DNA of 64,000 nt from Candidatus Nomurabacteria bacterium (GCA_943350875.1 CALRAL010000001.1:68992-132991), one strand, 5' to 3'; positions 26,256-38,252 are shown, counted from the first letter of the stretch. A program made the numbers and translations. Notes: generated by a model not told the origin, from the letters alone.

Positions 26256-27449
26256 ATGGAAAAATCAAAGAAAATATACTTAGATTATGCCTCTGGAGTA
26301 TCTCCTAATCCGAGTTCTATACATACCTTGGGTGTTAGTTCAAAAAGCAAGTTAGAGAATGCGCGCAAAATTGTGGCCAATTCTTTAGAGGCTAGACCAT
26401 TGGAAATAATCTTTACCAGCGGAGGGACTGAAAGCAACAACTTGGCCATACAAGGAATTGTCGGGGAAAGGACAGACCTTAAGAATTCAAAAAGGTCTGT
26501 CCTTAAGGAGACAATTCCACATATCATAACTACAAACATAGAACATGCTTCTGTTTTAGAAACATTTAAGATGTTAGAAAAAAGAAAATTAGCTCAAATG
26601 ACGATAGTACCAGTCGAGCAAAATGGGATAGTAGATCCAAAAAAAATCAAAAAAGCTATCAAGAAAAATACCATTTTAATTTCTGTCATGTATGCGAACA
26701 ATGAAATAGGTACAATCCAGCCAATAAAAGAAATTGCAAAAGAAATCAGGCATTTTAAAAAAATGAACAGGCAAGACCTGTTAAATTTTCCATTTTTCCA
26801 TACTGATGCAGTGCAGGCTGTAAATTATTTAGATATAAATGTAGAAAAGCTAGGAGTGGATTTGTTATCTATCTCTGGTTCAAAAATAGAAGGAGCCGCG
26901 CCAAAGGACGGGCAAGCTGGTAGAGTAGGGGTGCTTTATAAAAGAAAAAATGTGCCACTTGCACCTATTTTCTATGGAGGAGATCAAGAAAGTGGGTTAC
27001 GTCCTGGAACAGAGCATTTATCAGAGATTATTAAATTTGTTCAAGCTTTTGAATTCTCACAAAAAATAAAAGAAAAAGAAAACAAAAGATTAACAAAATT
27101 GCGAGATTATTTTATTGAAAAATTATTAAGTTTAAATTTTAAAATTAAATTAAATGGTAATTTAGGAAAAAGATTGCCAAATAACATAAATATTACAATT
27201 CCAAATATACCAAGTGATTTGTTAGTGATAGAACTTTCAGCTAGGGGTGTTATGGCTAGCGCAAAAAGTGCTTGTAAGTCTGGTGATGGGAAAGGTTCTC
27301 ATGTTATAAAAGCTATTGATAATAGTATAAAAGAAACAGACGGTTCCCTAAGGTTTTCATTTGGTAGAGCTACAAGTAAAGCCGATATTGACTACACTCT
27401 AAGGACTTTATCTAAAATTTTGACTAAACTGAAAAGGTGGTATAATTAG
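26256..27449 (+). CDS. Class V aminotransferase / cysteine-desulfurase-like (IscS/NifS family), with insertion near the PLP-lysine loop
   Basis: IYLDYASG...FTSGGTESNNLAIQGI...LLSISGSKIEG. Confidence 0.6.
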   Translation: MEKSKKIYLDYASGVSPNPSSIHTLGVSSKSKLENARKIVANSLEARPLEIIFTSGGTESNNLAIQGIVGERTDLKNSKRSVLKETIPHIITTNIEHASVLETFKMLEKRKLAQMTIVPVEQNGIVDPKKIKKAIKKNTILISVMYANNEIGTIQPIKEIAKEIRHFKKMNRQDLLNFPFFHTDAVQAVNYLDINVEKLGVDLLSISGSKIEGAAPKDGQAGRVGVLYKRKNVPLAPIFYGGDQESGLRPGTEHLSEIIKFVQAFEFSQKIKEKENKRLTKLRDYFIEKLLSLNFKIKLNGNLGKRLPNNINITIPNIPSDLLVIELSARGVMASAKSACKSGDGKGSHVIKAIDNSIKETDGSLRFSFGRATSKADIDYTLRTLSKILTKLKRWYN

Positions 27450-27452
27450 ATT

Positions 27453-28232
27453 ATGGATGTAAAAGATTTAAATAAATCACAACTTATATTATTGGCTATA
27501 CTTTTGAGCTTTGTGGTGTCTATAGCTACAGGTATCACGACTGTCACTTTGATGGAGCGCGCTCCAACCTCTATCACTGTACCATTAAACAGGATTGTCA
27601 AACAAACAGTGGAGAAAATACAACAAGTTGAGGGAAAAACTATTACTCAGACTGTCGTGGTGAAAGAAGAAGACTTGGTTGTGGATGCTATTGCGAAAAA
27701 TCAATCAGCGATGTTTGCAATAACTAAAGAATCTGTGGATGCCGACGGTAAGACAATTGAGGTAAATGCTGGGCGGGGCTTTGTAGTTTCAGATGATGGT
27801 GTGGTTGTAGCTGATGCTCTTTTAGTACCAGGGAAGGAAGTATATTATGTGAAGAATGACAGTGGTAAATTTAAAGCGGATTTTGTTTCTCTTGATGACA
27901 AGAATGGATTTTCATTTTTGAAGATAGGTGTGCCGCTAGATGAGAAAAATAAAGTTACCTTTACGGTACCGGCTTTTGGAGATTTGAGTAAAATGAAAGC
28001 CGGACAAAAGATATTAGTTTTAGGGAGTACCATTTTTTCTTTTATATTTGAGGGTAATAAAGATCTTAAAATAAATACTACAAAATCAAATACTGGAGCT
28101 CTTGTTTTGAATTTAGATGGAGAAGCACTCGGCATAGCGTTGTCTAGCGATACTAATTCTTTTGTACCTATAAATGTTATTACTGATGCATTGAAACCAG
28201 CAAGTAAACCGGTGGAAACTCCAAAAGTTTAA
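27453..28232 (+). CDS. Membrane-anchored HtrA/trypsin-fold-like protein with degenerate catalytic triad
   Basis: GRGFVVSDDGVVVADALLV (no His), GFSFLKIG (Asp position), SNTGALVLNLDGEALGIAL (Ser to Thr). Confidence 0.4.
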   Translation: MDVKDLNKSQLILLAILLSFVVSIATGITTVTLMERAPTSITVPLNRIVKQTVEKIQQVEGKTITQTVVVKEEDLVVDAIAKNQSAMFAITKESVDADGKTIEVNAGRGFVVSDDGVVVADALLVPGKEVYYVKNDSGKFKADFVSLDDKNGFSFLKIGVPLDEKNKVTFTVPAFGDLSKMKAGQKILVLGSTIFSFIFEGNKDLKINTTKSNTGALVLNLDGEALGIALSSDTNSFVPINVITDALKPASKPVETPKV

Positions 28233-28250
28233 TAAACTTTCTAAAAATAT

Positions 28251-30941
28251 ATGCCACCGCTAAACAAATTCACAACTAAATCAAAGGATGCGATAAAAAA
28301 GGCCCATGAGCTTGCTATTGAGCGTGGGGTAAATCATGTTTCATCTGTGCATTTGCTTGCAGCGTTACTGCTACAAGATGAAAGTATGGTGAATTCAATA
28401 CTAGACAAGATGGAGATAGACACAATGCTTCTAACTGATTCTGTATTAGAAGATATCGAATTACCTGAGTCTAGAAGTACTTTGTCTCCAGCGTATCAGA
28501 TATATCTTAATCCTGACCTGGCACAAGTGATAGAGCATTCTGTAAAATTGGCTGAATATATGAAAGATGATTTTGTCTCTACTGAACATCTTTTTATCGC
28601 TATTTTAGAGATAGCCAGTGAAGCACGAGATTTACTTATTCGTTTTAAAATTAATAAAGATATTGTAATTAAAATCTTAGAAGAGCTTCGTAGCCAAAAT
28701 ATTACAGATGTTTCAGAACCAAAAAAGTTCAAACTTCTTTTGAAGTATACTCGTAATCTTACAAAACTGGCTCGAGAAGATAAATTAGATCCTGTGATTG
28801 GGCGTGATATTGAGATAATGCGTATAATGCAGATACTCTCTCGTCGTACTAAAAATAATCCTATTTTGATAGGGGAAGCGGGTACTGGGAAAACTGCAGT
28901 AGTAGAAGGTTTAGCTCTGCGTATTGCTAAAAATAATGTGCCTGAATCTTTAAAAGAAAAAGAGCTTGTTTCCCTAGATTTAGGTTCTCTAATTGCTGGT
29001 ACAAAATATCGCGGAGAATTTGAAGAAAGATTGAAAGGTATAATGAAAGAGATCGAAAGAGGAGATGGAAAAATTATTTTATTTATCGATGAGATACATA
29101 CAATAGTAGGAGCTGGTGGGGCGGAAGGCACTCTCGATGCTTCAAATATGTTAAAGCCTGCACTTTCCAGAGGAGAACTTCGTGCGATAGGGGCTACAAC
29201 TTTGCGAGAATATCAAAAACATATCGAGAAAGATCCTGCTCTTGCAAGACGTTTCCAGCCAGTTTATATTGATGAACCTAATATAGATGATGCTGTAGCT
29301 ATTCTTCGCGGATTAAAAGAAAAATACGAGCTTTTCCATGGAGTACGCATTACCGATGATGCGATAGTTTCTGCGGTAAATTTATCTGCTAGATATATTA
29401 CCAATAGGTTTTTGCCGGACAAGGCTGTGGACTTAATAGATGAAGCTTCTTCGTCTTTAAAAATAATGCTAGAGAATAAACCACAAGTTTTAGAAGAGGC
29501 ACATATAAAAATAATGCGTTTGGAGATCGAGAAAGAAGCTTTAAAAAAAGAAATTTCTGTGCCAGATGTAGATAAGGAAAAAGAGAAAGAAATAAAAAAT
29601 CGTATTAAAGACATAGAAAAAGAGATAGGAAATTTGCATGAGAAAACAAAAGAATTAGAACTCAAATGGCAAAATGAAAAGACTACTGTGGCTGAAATTA
29701 GAGTTATTAAAAAAGAGTTAGAAACTATGCGTCTAGAAGCAGAAAATGCTGAGATGCGGGCGGATTTGACTAAAGCAGCAGAAATTCGTTATGGAAAAAT
29801 CCCAGAATTTAAAAAAGAACTAGAAATAAAGCTTTTACGTTTAAAGAAATTGCAAAAATCACGAAGAATCTTAAAAGAAGAAATCACCGCTGAAGATATA
29901 GCCGAAGTGGTGGCTCGTTGGACTGGTATACCGCTCGTAAAAATGCTGGAAGAAGAGCGTGCAAAATTAGAAAGGATGGAGAAAGAATTAAATAAAAGAG
30001 TCATAGGTCAAGATGAGGCCGTGAAAAGAGTCGCAGATGTAATTCGTCGTTCTCGAGCTGGTATTTCTGATCCAAACAGGCCCATCGGTTCTTTTATATT
30101 TTTGGGTCCGACTGGAGTAGGTAAGACAGAGCTCACAAAAGCCTTGGGGCAGTTCATGTTTAACGACGATAAAGCAGTTATCAGGGTAGATATGTCTGAA
30201 TATATGGAAAGACATTCTGTGTCTAAATTAATTGGTTCTCCACCGGGGTATGTGGGATATGATGAAGCAGGACAATTAACTGAGCTTGTTCGACATAGAC
30301 CATATGCGGTAGTACTTTTTGACGAGATAGAAAAAGCGCACCCAGAAATTTTCAATATGCTTCTCCAAGTGATAGATGAAGGTAGATTGACTGATGGGAA
30401 GGGTAGAGTGGTGAACTTTAAAAATACTATCATTATTTTAACTTCAAATATTGGTTCGCAATTTATTGAAAAGATGGAATCTATCGGATTCTCTAATAGT
30501 TCTGAAAAAGAAGATTATAGTAATATGAAAGCAAAAGTTTTGGATTCCTTGAAAGATCATTTTAGTCCAGAATTCTTAAATCGTTTAGATGAAACCATTG
30601 TATTTGATATTTTGTCTCCGGAAGCAATAATGGAAATAGTAAAATTAAGAATAAAAGTAGTGGAAGACAGACTCATGGCTAAAGGTATTAATTTTGAGAT
30701 TTCAAATGATGCTATTTCTTATTTGGCAAAAGAAGGATATAACCCGCATTATGGTGCAAGGCCTTTGAACAGATTAATCCAGACTAAAATCTTGAATCCT
30801 GTGGCCTCATATATTATTTCAAATGATGTAAAAAAAGGTGATAAGATTTCCGTGTCTGTAAAAAATAACGAATTGATTATTGAAAAACAAAAATTGAAAA
30901 TCAAAAGCCCTATCCACATCCGCCAACATTCTGAGGTGTAA
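28251..30941 (+). CDS. clpB: AAA+ chaperone ClpB
   Basis: Two AAA modules ([15 protein letters not shown]; [14 protein letters not shown]), long middle coiled coil, Clp N-domain. Confidence 0.93.
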   Translation: MPPLNKFTTKSKDAIKKAHELAIERGVNHVSSVHLLAALLLQDESMVNSILDKMEIDTMLLTDSVLEDIELPESRSTLSPAYQIYLNPDLAQVIEHSVKLAEYMKDDFVSTEHLFIAILEIASEARDLLIRFKINKDIVIKILEELRSQNITDVSEPKKFKLLLKYTRNLTKLAREDKLDPVIGRDIEIMRIMQILSRRTKNNPILIGEAGTGKTAVVEGLALRIAKNNVPESLKEKELVSLDLGSLIAGTKYRGEFEERLKGIMKEIERGDGKIILFIDEIHTIVGAGGAEGTLDASNMLKPALSRGELRAIGATTLREYQKHIEKDPALARRFQPVYIDEPNIDDAVAILRGLKEKYELFHGVRITDDAIVSAVNLSARYITNRFLPDKAVDLIDEASSSLKIMLENKPQVLEEAHIKIMRLEIEKEALKKEISVPDVDKEKEKEIKNRIKDIEKEIGNLHEKTKELELKWQNEKTTVAEIRVIKKELETMRLEAENAEMRADLTKAAEIRYGKIPEFKKELEIKLLRLKKLQKSRRILKEEITAEDIAEVVARWTGIPLVKMLEEERAKLERMEKELNKRVIGQDEAVKRVADVIRRSRAGISDPNRPIGSFIFLGPTGVGKTELTKALGQFMFNDDKAVIRVDMSEYMERHSVSKLIGSPPGYVGYDEAGQLTELVRHRPYAVVLFDEIEKAHPEIFNMLLQVIDEGRLTDGKGRVVNFKNTIIILTSNIGSQFIEKMESIGFSNSSEKEDYSNMKAKVLDSLKDHFSPEFLNRLDETIVFDILSPEAIMEIVKLRIKVVEDRLMAKGINFEISNDAISYLAKEGYNPHYGARPLNRLIQTKILNPVASYIISNDVKKGDKISVSVKNNELIIEKQKLKIKSPIHIRQHSEV

Positions 30942-30992
30942 ATTTCTGTACAAAAGTGCAAAAAAGCTATTTTTGTGGTATTTTATGCTAAT

Positions 30993-31079
30993 GCGTCGGT
31001 GGCGGAGTGGTCAATCGCAACAGACTGTAAATCTGTCGCCCTATGGGCTACGAAGGTTCGAATCCTTCCCGGCGCACCA
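30993..31079 (+). tRNA. tRNA-Tyr (anticodon GTA), long variable arm, encoded CCA
   Basis: GCGTCGGTGGCGGAGTGGTCAATCGCAACAGACTGTAAATCTGTCGCCCTATGGGCTACGAAGGTTCGAATCCTTCCCGGCGCACCA. Confidence 0.8.
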
Positions 31080-31245
31080 AATGAACAGGAAGACTTTAAT
31101 TTGGATTGGGACATTGGTTGGATCTACTATCGGTGGATTTATTCCTGGGCTTTGGGGAGCTGGGGCTTTCTCTTTTTCCTCCATTATCTTTAGTTCTCTG
31201 GGTGCAATAGCGGGTATTTATGTTGGGTTTAAAATGGGTGATTGA
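31080..31245 (+). CDS. Small glycine-zipper membrane protein
   Basis: MNRKTLIWIGTLVGSTIGGFIPGLWGAGAFSF... from ATG 31080. The longer track ORF (30973-) overlaps tRNA-Tyr and is rejected. Confidence 0.4.
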
Positions 31246-32237
31246 ATGATATATTTAAAATGAAAAATTTATTTTTGTCTTTTATTTTTTTAGGTGTAGC
31301 TGTTTTTGCCTTATTATTTTTTACTTTTCAAAATTTAAATCAATTTGTTACCACTCAAGTAGCATCTATCATTGGTATTGATATCAATCAAGTTTTGGAT
31401 TGGTCTTCCCAAAGAGGTTTAAATAAGAATTTAACTATTGGTAATTCTGGTAGAGATGTGCGTTTATTGCAATATGCGATGAACAAAGTTTCGCCAAACT
31501 TTGGCAGTAAAAATATAACTGGTTCTTTTGATGCAAAAACTGCGAAAGCTGTTTCAGATTTTCAAAAAAGTAATAATTTGAACGTAAATGGCACTTTGGA
31601 TTCTAATACTAGAACTTTACTAAATGATCTTTATTTCAAAGAATTATGTCCAGATGGACGAGGTAATATATTTCCTGACGAAATGACTATTCATCTAAAT
31701 AAAAGTAAATCTTTGCCGGAGGATTATATACCTAGTGACCTCATAGATATTTCAGATTCTGTAAAAACTTTTAAAATTATCTGTTTAAAACAAGATGTTG
31801 CTCCATTTTTAAAAAAGATGTTTGATGATGCTGAAGATGAAGGTATAAACTTTGCTGTGACTTCTGGTTTTAGACGTCCTGAAGTTCAATCTTTGCTTTA
31901 CAAAGCATTATTATTTCTTAAAGGAGAAAAAGCAAAATACAGAGTGGCTGAACCTTTACATTCAGAGCATCAGCTGGGCACTACCATTGATTTAACAGAA
32001 AAATCAATCAATTATCTTGGCGCAGATAGTAAATTTGATGGTACTGTGGGAGATTTATGGCTTAAGCAAAATGCTTATAAATACGGTTTTGTTTTAAGCT
32101 ATCCAAGAGACAAAATGTTTATCACTGGCTATGATTATGAGCCTTGGCATTATCGATTTTTAGGACTTGAAATTACTAAGGAAATTTTTGATAGAGATAT
32201 AAGCGTTGAAGAGTATTTTGGTTCTAGCGAAAATTAG
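31242..32237 (+). CDS. Peptidoglycan-binding domain protein with VanY/M15-type D-Ala-D-Ala carboxypeptidase domain
   Basis: PG_binding_1-like (GNSGRDVRLLQYAMN...DFQKSNNLNVNGTLD) and M15 motifs (VTSGFRRPEVQ, SEHQLGTTIDL, EPWHYRF). Confidence 0.75.
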   Translation: MNDIFKMKNLFLSFIFLGVAVFALLFFTFQNLNQFVTTQVASIIGIDINQVLDWSSQRGLNKNLTIGNSGRDVRLLQYAMNKVSPNFGSKNITGSFDAKTAKAVSDFQKSNNLNVNGTLDSNTRTLLNDLYFKELCPDGRGNIFPDEMTIHLNKSKSLPEDYIPSDLIDISDSVKTFKIICLKQDVAPFLKKMFDDAEDEGINFAVTSGFRRPEVQSLLYKALLFLKGEKAKYRVAEPLHSEHQLGTTIDLTEKSINYLGADSKFDGTVGDLWLKQNAYKYGFVLSYPRDKMFITGYDYEPWHYRFLGLEITKEIFDRDISVEEYFGSSEN

Positions 32238-32316
32238 TTTCTTGCGATATATATATATATGATATACTTGAAGAGTCGAGTTTTTAGATTATAAATTAAG
32301 ATTTTATTTAATAATT

Positions 32317-32979
32317 ATGAAAAAAATAGCTTTGTTTACAGTTTTGTTTCTCGTTTTGGGTTTTGGAGTTTTTGCATTAAATACTAATGCTCAAATACCA
32401 ATTGGTGATCCTGTTGGTAATGGAGAAGAAACATCTTGTCCTATGCCATCAACTATTCAAAATCTAGAACTTATTACTATTACTTGCATGATGCGAAGGA
32501 TTTCTAATTTAGAAAGACATGTACAAAAACTTGACTACCGTGTTTCATTACTTGAAAGGGGTGTTAGTCCTAGTGGGACCAATAGGAACAAAGATATAAG
32601 TGAAAATAGTACAGATAAATCTTGGGATGATAATAATACAAAAACAATAAGTCTCCCAACAACAGAAACGAAACCAGTAGTAACTGGTTCTGGGATTATT
32701 TTAGATAAATCTGATATAAAATTAATCCAGAGATTTTTGAAAGAAGAAGGTTCGTTTGCTTATCCTGTAGCGACAGGGAATTTTGGTAGATTGACTAAAG
32801 AAGCTTTGAAGAAGTATCAGGAAAAAGAAGGCTTAGAAGCTACAGGTAAAATTGATGATGATACATTAGAGAAAATGAAAGCTCAGATTCCTACAATTGC
32901 TCCATCTATGACTTCAGCTTGGATGCAAGCGATTCCTATGCCAGCACTTCCAAATACTTCAACAGGCACGAATAGGTAA
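32317..32979 (+). CDS. Secreted protein with C-terminal peptidoglycan-binding-like domain
   Basis: Signal peptide; LIQRFLKEEGSFAYPVATGNFGRLTKEALKKYQEKEGLEATGKIDDDTL. Confidence 0.5.
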   Translation: MKKIALFTVLFLVLGFGVFALNTNAQIPIGDPVGNGEETSCPMPSTIQNLELITITCMMRRISNLERHVQKLDYRVSLLERGVSPSGTNRNKDISENSTDKSWDDNNTKTISLPTTETKPVVTGSGIILDKSDIKLIQRFLKEEGSFAYPVATGNFGRLTKEALKKYQEKEGLEATGKIDDDTLEKMKAQIPTIAPSMTSAWMQAIPMPALPNTSTGTNR

Positions 32980-33000
32980 ATAATCTTTTAAAGATTTTAA

Positions 33001-33030
33001 AAAAACGGAAGCAAAGCTTCCGTTTTTTTA
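33001..33030. terminator. Bidirectional rho-independent terminator
   Basis: aaaaacggaagcaaagcttccgttttttta between convergent genes. Confidence 0.85.
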
Positions 33031-33624
33031 GTTTTGATCCTTTATTTTTTCCAAAACTTTTGGAAGCTTTTTAAAGTCTTGCATGAGAGTTTCTCGCATG
33101 GAGCCGTTATAAAGTGCCGCAGCTGGGTGATATAAGGCAAAAAAATGATTACAAGAAATATTTACAAATTTCTTGATTAATAATTTCCCATGGATTTCTG
33201 AAATTCTTTCGGTTGGGAAAAAGTCATTCATAGAGTGTCTGCCAAGGAACACTATGAGTTTTGGATTTATTAAATTCAATTCTTCATGGAGCCACTCCCT
33301 GCAATCATCTTTTTCTTTTGGTTCAGGGTCTCTGTTGTTTGGCGGTCTGTATTTTACTATGTTTGTGATATAAACATCTTCTCTTTTCATTTTTATTTCC
33401 TCTAACATTTCATTTAGGAATTTACCGGCTGCTCCGACAAATGGGATACCTTGTTCGTCTTCATTTTTCCCCGGCGCTTCGCCTATAAAGACTATCTCTG
33501 CGTCAGGATTACCATTTCCAAAGACCGCTTGCGTAGCTGTTTTCTTTAGCTCACACTTGCATCTGTCTTTCCATTTTTTGTTTATTTCTGCAATAATTTT
33601 CTCTTTATTTGTCTTGTTATTCAT
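33028..33624 (-). CDS. Family 4 uracil-DNA glycosylase
   Basis: [26 protein letters not shown]; Cys residues for a 4Fe-4S cluster; HPAAAL. Confidence 0.8.
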   Translation of the reverse strand: MNNKTNKEKIIAEINKKWKDRCKCELKKTATQAVFGNGNPDAEIVFIGEAPGKNEDEQGIPFVGAAGKFLNEMLEEIKMKREDVYITNIVKYRPPNNRDPEPKEKDDCREWLHEELNLINPKLIVFLGRHSMNDFFPTERISEIHGKLLIKKFVNISCNHFFALYHPAAALYNGSMRETLMQDFKKLPKVLEKIKDQN

Positions 33625-33791
33625 AGTTTTTATTATACTACCAAATCATTTTTATATATTTATTGTACATTATTTGTATTTTATTATTTTATATGTTATT
33701 ATGTATTGAAGCCTTTGGGATTGATAGGGCTTTTTTGTTTAGAAAATTAATGAACAAAGTGAATGTAATTTTCTTGACCCCAGTTAAATAA

Positions 33792-33880
33792 CTTTTGCTA
33801 GAGCAAAAGTTGCCCGAAGGGCATTTAACAGGGTAAAGATTTTTATTCTCATTTCATTCGTTAAAAATCATTTATGAAAA
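33792..33880 (+). promoter_or_regulatory. typA leader: two small GC hairpins (AGAG loop) plus the TTCATTCGTTAAAAATCATTT-ATG motif
   Basis: cttttgctagagcaaaag, gcccgaagggc, then atttcattcgttaaaaatcatttatg. The architecture parallels 21674-21788. Confidence 0.45.
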
Positions 33881-35682
33881 TCAGAAATATAGCCATAATA
33901 GCTCACGTGGACCACGGTAAGACTACTCTTACGGATGGGTTGATGAAGCAGAATGGTGGTCTTCAGGACGAAGGGGTGACGATGGATTCAAACGCCATAG
34001 AAAAAGAGCGAGGTATTACTATTTACTCTAAAAATACTTCCATCACATATAAGGGTACAAAGATAAACATCGTGGATACTCCTGGACACGCAGATTTCGG
34101 TTCTGAAGTAGAACGTGTTTTACGCGCTATTGACTGTGTGCTTTTGCTTGTGGATGCTGTAGAAGGTCCTATGCCTCAGACAAGGTTTGTTTTAAAGAAG
34201 TCTCTAGAGCTTGGTTTAAAGCCAATAGTTGTTATAAATAAAATAGACAAAAAGGCAGCAGATCCACATAGAGTGCATGAAGAAATTTTGGATTTATTTT
34301 TTGAATTGGGGGCGACTGAAGAACAAGCGAATTTTGAAACTGTCTATGCGATAGGACGAGAGGGTATAGCTAAAAGGCATTTAGATGATGAATCGAAGGA
34401 TTTATCTCCTTTACTTGATGTTATTTTAGAAAAAGTGCCAGAAGCAGATGTGGATGAAGATAAGAAAATGTCTGCTCAGGTTTTTAATCTGGGTTATGAT
34501 AACTTTTTAGGCCGTATGGCAGTGATCCGTATTTATTCAGGTAAGATTTCTTCTGGTAGTACTGTATTTGTGAAGGGTGAACATGGTACAAGAAGCGGTA
34601 AAATAACTAAGTTATTTTCCTTTGAAGGAATTAATAGAAAGGAAGCACAATTTGCGACTTCAGGAGATATTGCATTGGTGGCAGGAATTCCAGACATATA
34701 CATAGGTGAGACTATTTGTGAGGATGAAAGTATAGAACAATTGCCACATATCGCTATTGATGAACCGACCCTCTCGCTTAATTTTTTAGTGAACGATTCT
34801 CCCTTTGCTGGCAAGGAAGGAAAATTTGTCACTTCCAGACAAATAAAAGAAAGATTAGAAAAAGAATTAGAAATAAATGTTGGGCTCAAAGTTGATTTCT
34901 CTCCAGATCAAGGAACAATAAAATCAGGACCCAGTTTCTTCAAAGTTTATGGACGAGGGGAACTTCACATTGCGATTCTTTTAGAAAATATGCGCCGAGA
35001 AGGATTCGAAATGCAAGTTTCTCAGCCGGAAGTAATCATCAAAGAAGAGAATGGGAATAAAACAGAACCATACGAAGAATTAGTGATAGATGTGCCGACA
35101 GAATCCTCAGGTAGTGTGATAGAAAAAATAAATAAAAGACGAGGGTTAATGAAAGATATGATGGAAAAAGATGGAATAGTCAGAATCACTTTTGACATAC
35201 CGACTCGCGGATTACTTGGCTATCGTGGAGAATTTATTATAGATACAAAAGGTGAAGGTATAATGTCTTCACGCGTGACTGGATTTAAAGAATATGTGGG
35301 CGAAATAAAAAAGAGAGAATATGGTTCAATGGTGTCTATGGTCTCTGGTAAAGCTGTTGCATTCTCTATTGCAAATTTACAGGAAAGGGGTCTAATGTAT
35401 ATAGAACACGGGGCAGAAGTATACGAAGGAATGGTAGTAGGGAATGTATTGAAAGGGGACGATATGTCAGTAAATCCTACCAAAGGTAAACAGCTTACAA
35501 ATATGCGGGCGTCCGGTACAGATGAAGCAATATTCTTAAAACCCCCATTTATATTGAGTATTGAGAGGGGATTAGAGGTAATGAATAATGATGAATATCT
35601 TGAAATCACCCCAAAATCGGTCCGATTAAGGAAAAAATATTTAACTGAGATAGACAGGATAAAAGCTACCAGAGTCAGTTAA
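33874..35682 (+). CDS. typA: Translational GTPase TypA/BipA
   Basis: [30 protein letters not shown]; EF-G-like domains. Confidence 0.92.
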   Translation: MKIRNIAIIAHVDHGKTTLTDGLMKQNGGLQDEGVTMDSNAIEKERGITIYSKNTSITYKGTKINIVDTPGHADFGSEVERVLRAIDCVLLLVDAVEGPMPQTRFVLKKSLELGLKPIVVINKIDKKAADPHRVHEEILDLFFELGATEEQANFETVYAIGREGIAKRHLDDESKDLSPLLDVILEKVPEADVDEDKKMSAQVFNLGYDNFLGRMAVIRIYSGKISSGSTVFVKGEHGTRSGKITKLFSFEGINRKEAQFATSGDIALVAGIPDIYIGETICEDESIEQLPHIAIDEPTLSLNFLVNDSPFAGKEGKFVTSRQIKERLEKELEINVGLKVDFSPDQGTIKSGPSFFKVYGRGELHIAILLENMRREGFEMQVSQPEVIIKEENGNKTEPYEELVIDVPTESSGSVIEKINKRRGLMKDMMEKDGIVRITFDIPTRGLLGYRGEFIIDTKGEGIMSSRVTGFKEYVGEIKKREYGSMVSMVSGKAVAFSIANLQERGLMYIEHGAEVYEGMVVGNVLKGDDMSVNPTKGKQLTNMRASGTDEAIFLKPPFILSIERGLEVMNNDEYLEITPKSVRLRKKYLTEIDRIKATRVS

Positions 35683-35756
35683 TAACACATATCATTTGAC
35701 ATAAAATCAACAATATGTATAATTAGAAGGTAATATATTAAATTTTAAAAAACGTC

Positions 35757-36785
35757 ATGTCAACAATATCATTTAAACCAAAACAAGTAACTAAAAAAAT
35801 AACGTCTCATCTGCAGGATCGCTCACGCGATGTGATCATGAGCCGTTTTGGGCTTAATGCTGATTCAGAGAAAAAAACTCTCGAAGATATCGGTAAGAAA
35901 TACAGCATCACTAGAGAGCGTGTACGTCAGATAGAGGAAGCAGCTCTGAATTCTATAAAGAAGTCCGAAGCTTATAAGTTTGAACAAATTGCTTTTAATG
36001 AATTAAAGCAATTTATAAATTCTCTTGGTTCTATTATTGCTGAACATGAATTACTACCAAACATTTCAAAAGATAAAAATACTCAGAACCATGTTCATTT
36101 CCATTTAGTATTGGGGGACTCTTTCAAAAGACATCACGAAGATGAACATTTTCATACTCGTTGGAGTGTAGATGATGAAATGGCAGAAAAAGTGCATGAA
36201 TCATTGAAGAAACTTTATGCATCTTTGAAAGATGAAGACCTTGTTCCTGAAACTGAAATGATAAAGAAATTCTTTGATCAAATGAAAGATGTTTCTGAGC
36301 AGTTTAAAAATGAAGAGATAGCTCGAAGGTGGCTCTCTATGTCGAAGACTATCTCCAAGAATCCTCTTGGAGAATGGGGTAAGGCAAGCTCTCCAAATAT
36401 AAATACTCGTGGAGTTAAAGACTATGCTTTCTTGGTAATGAGGAAACACGGTTCACCTATGCATTTCCGAGAAGTAGCGGATGCCATTTCCAAAACTTTT
36501 GGTAAGAAAACTCATTATGCTACTTGCCATAACGAGCTCATAAAAGATCCTCGTTTTGTGTTGGTTGGTAGGGGGCTTTATGCATTAGCAGAATGGGGCT
36601 ATAAAACCGGTATCGCTCGTGAAGTCATCCGTGATATTTTAAAGCGCGAAGGACCGCTTTCCAAAGAAGATGTAATAGAAAAAGTGATGAAAGAAAGATA
36701 TTTCAAGAAGAACACTATTTTGGTAAACCTTGTAAATCCTAAATTCTTCAAAAAGAACAAAAACGGACTTTATACTACTATTTAA
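35757..36785 (+). CDS. Protein with N-terminal sigma-70 region-4-like HTH; the remainder is uncharacterised
   Basis: LEDIGKKYSITRERVRQIEEAALNSIK. Confidence 0.45.
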   Translation: MSTISFKPKQVTKKITSHLQDRSRDVIMSRFGLNADSEKKTLEDIGKKYSITRERVRQIEEAALNSIKKSEAYKFEQIAFNELKQFINSLGSIIAEHELLPNISKDKNTQNHVHFHLVLGDSFKRHHEDEHFHTRWSVDDEMAEKVHESLKKLYASLKDEDLVPETEMIKKFFDQMKDVSEQFKNEEIARRWLSMSKTISKNPLGEWGKASSPNINTRGVKDYAFLVMRKHGSPMHFREVADAISKTFGKKTHYATCHNELIKDPRFVLVGRGLYALAEWGYKTGIAREVIRDILKREGPLSKEDVIEKVMKERYFKKNTILVNLVNPKFFKKNKNGLYTTI

Positions 36786-36858
36786 TAACCCCTCCAAACC
36801 TCCCCTTGTCAGGGGAGACAAAAAAGTCCCCCTGATAAGGGGGATTAGGGGGTTGGAG
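36786..36858. repeat. GC-rich nested-hairpin element, family C, second copy
   Basis: cctccccttgtcaggggag...gtccccctgataaggggga...ttagggggttggag. Confidence 0.8.
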
Positions 36859-36887
36859 TTTTGTATTTTTTGTATTAAAATGTAAGT

Positions 36888-38249
36888 ATGGGTAAAATTG
36901 TGGAGCATATTGAGAATGCTATAAAAGACTATTGGTTGTGGCTTTTTATCATTTTTCCTCTTGGATATTTTGTTTACCAATATAATCTAGAAAAAGATGT
37001 TTTATCTGTATTGGGAGTTTTCTTATTAGGATATATTACTTGGAAGCTTTGGGTGCATTATGTACAACAGAGTTTTATTGCTGGGATTGATTGGGTTTTA
37101 CTCGAAGTTGTGCCTCCGAGGGATGTTTTGCGTTCTCCAAAGGCTATGGAGCTATTTATAACAAATGCCCTTTACCACTGGAGTAACAAAGGAGGGTTGG
37201 AAGAATATTGGCAAGGAGCAGTATGGTTTTGGTTTTCTCTTGAAATAGCTTCTATTGAAGGGCAGGTGCATTTTTATATTCGCACTCCGACAAGATTACG
37301 AAGTTTGATTGAAACTCAAATGTATGCGCAATATCCACAAGCGCAAGTGAAAGTAGCAGAGGATTATACACTTGCTGTGGATGAGATAAGCCCAAAGAGT
37401 GCTTGGATGGGTTGGGGGTGTGAATTTGTATTAGAAAAACATGAGGCTTATCCCATCAAGACGTATGTTGATTATGGACTTGATAAAGATCCAAAAGAAG
37501 AAGTAAAAGTTGATCCTATTTCTCCGGTGATAGAATTTTTCGGTTCTATTAGTAAAGGAGAGCAAGCATGGTTACAGATTATTATTACACCTTCCAAAAA
37601 AGAATATCATACTCATGGGACTATGTTTGGGCATCATGATTGGGTGAAAGAAGCGCAAAATAAATTAGAAAAAATTTTATTACCTTATTCATCTACTCGT
37701 GAATGGGCAGATCAGAAAGGGAGATTTGGAACAGAAGTTCGTGTGCCAGGACCACTTGATGGAGTTGTAAAAGCTATTAGTTCAAAAATTTCTAAAATAG
37801 GTTTTGATACTGGGATTAGAGTATATTATGTCGCCAAAAAAGAAACTTGGAGTATGAACAACAGGCGTAATATCCGTCTGATTTTTAGACAGTATGCTAA
37901 TCCGCAACTAAATAGTCTTTCTCGTACCAATAGTACTCAAGGAGATGCATACAGTGGATGGTTCCCAGCTTCTCCAAAGACAGTGATGCGTTTGGCAGAT
38001 AGGATGCTCACAGAATACAAAGAACGAGCATTTTTCCATCATCCATTAAGGCAACAACTTTTTAATAAAAATAGAGTCAAATGGCCTTTTTCTGCTTTGT
38101 TTCTAGCTTATTTTCACCCACATACATTTGTATTGAATGTAGAAGAATTAGCGACGTTATGGCATTTCCCTGGCCAGATCTTGAAAGTTCCTACATTAGA
38201 ACGTATCGAATCAAAAGAAGCTTCTCCTCCTACGAATTTGCCAACATAG
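36888..38249 (+). CDS. Hypothetical membrane protein (two N-terminal TM helices)
   Basis: ORF with coding-like composition; no family recognised. Confidence 0.45.
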   Translation: MGKIVEHIENAIKDYWLWLFIIFPLGYFVYQYNLEKDVLSVLGVFLLGYITWKLWVHYVQQSFIAGIDWVLLEVVPPRDVLRSPKAMELFITNALYHWSNKGGLEEYWQGAVWFWFSLEIASIEGQVHFYIRTPTRLRSLIETQMYAQYPQAQVKVAEDYTLAVDEISPKSAWMGWGCEFVLEKHEAYPIKTYVDYGLDKDPKEEVKVDPISPVIEFFGSISKGEQAWLQIIITPSKKEYHTHGTMFGHHDWVKEAQNKLEKILLPYSSTREWADQKGRFGTEVRVPGPLDGVVKAISSKISKIGFDTGIRVYYVAKKETWSMNNRRNIRLIFRQYANPQLNSLSRTNSTQGDAYSGWFPASPKTVMRLADRMLTEYKERAFFHHPLRQQLFNKNRVKWPFSALFLAYFHPHTFVLNVEELATLWHFPGQILKVPTLERIESKEASPPTNLPT

Positions 38250-38252
38250 TTT

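Noticed and set aside
30973-31245. 90-aa ORF beginning inside tRNA-Tyr (and the 30975-31193 frame)
   Set aside because: The first ~100 nt are the tRNA-Tyr gene. Only the portion from ATG 31080 is a plausible small membrane protein.
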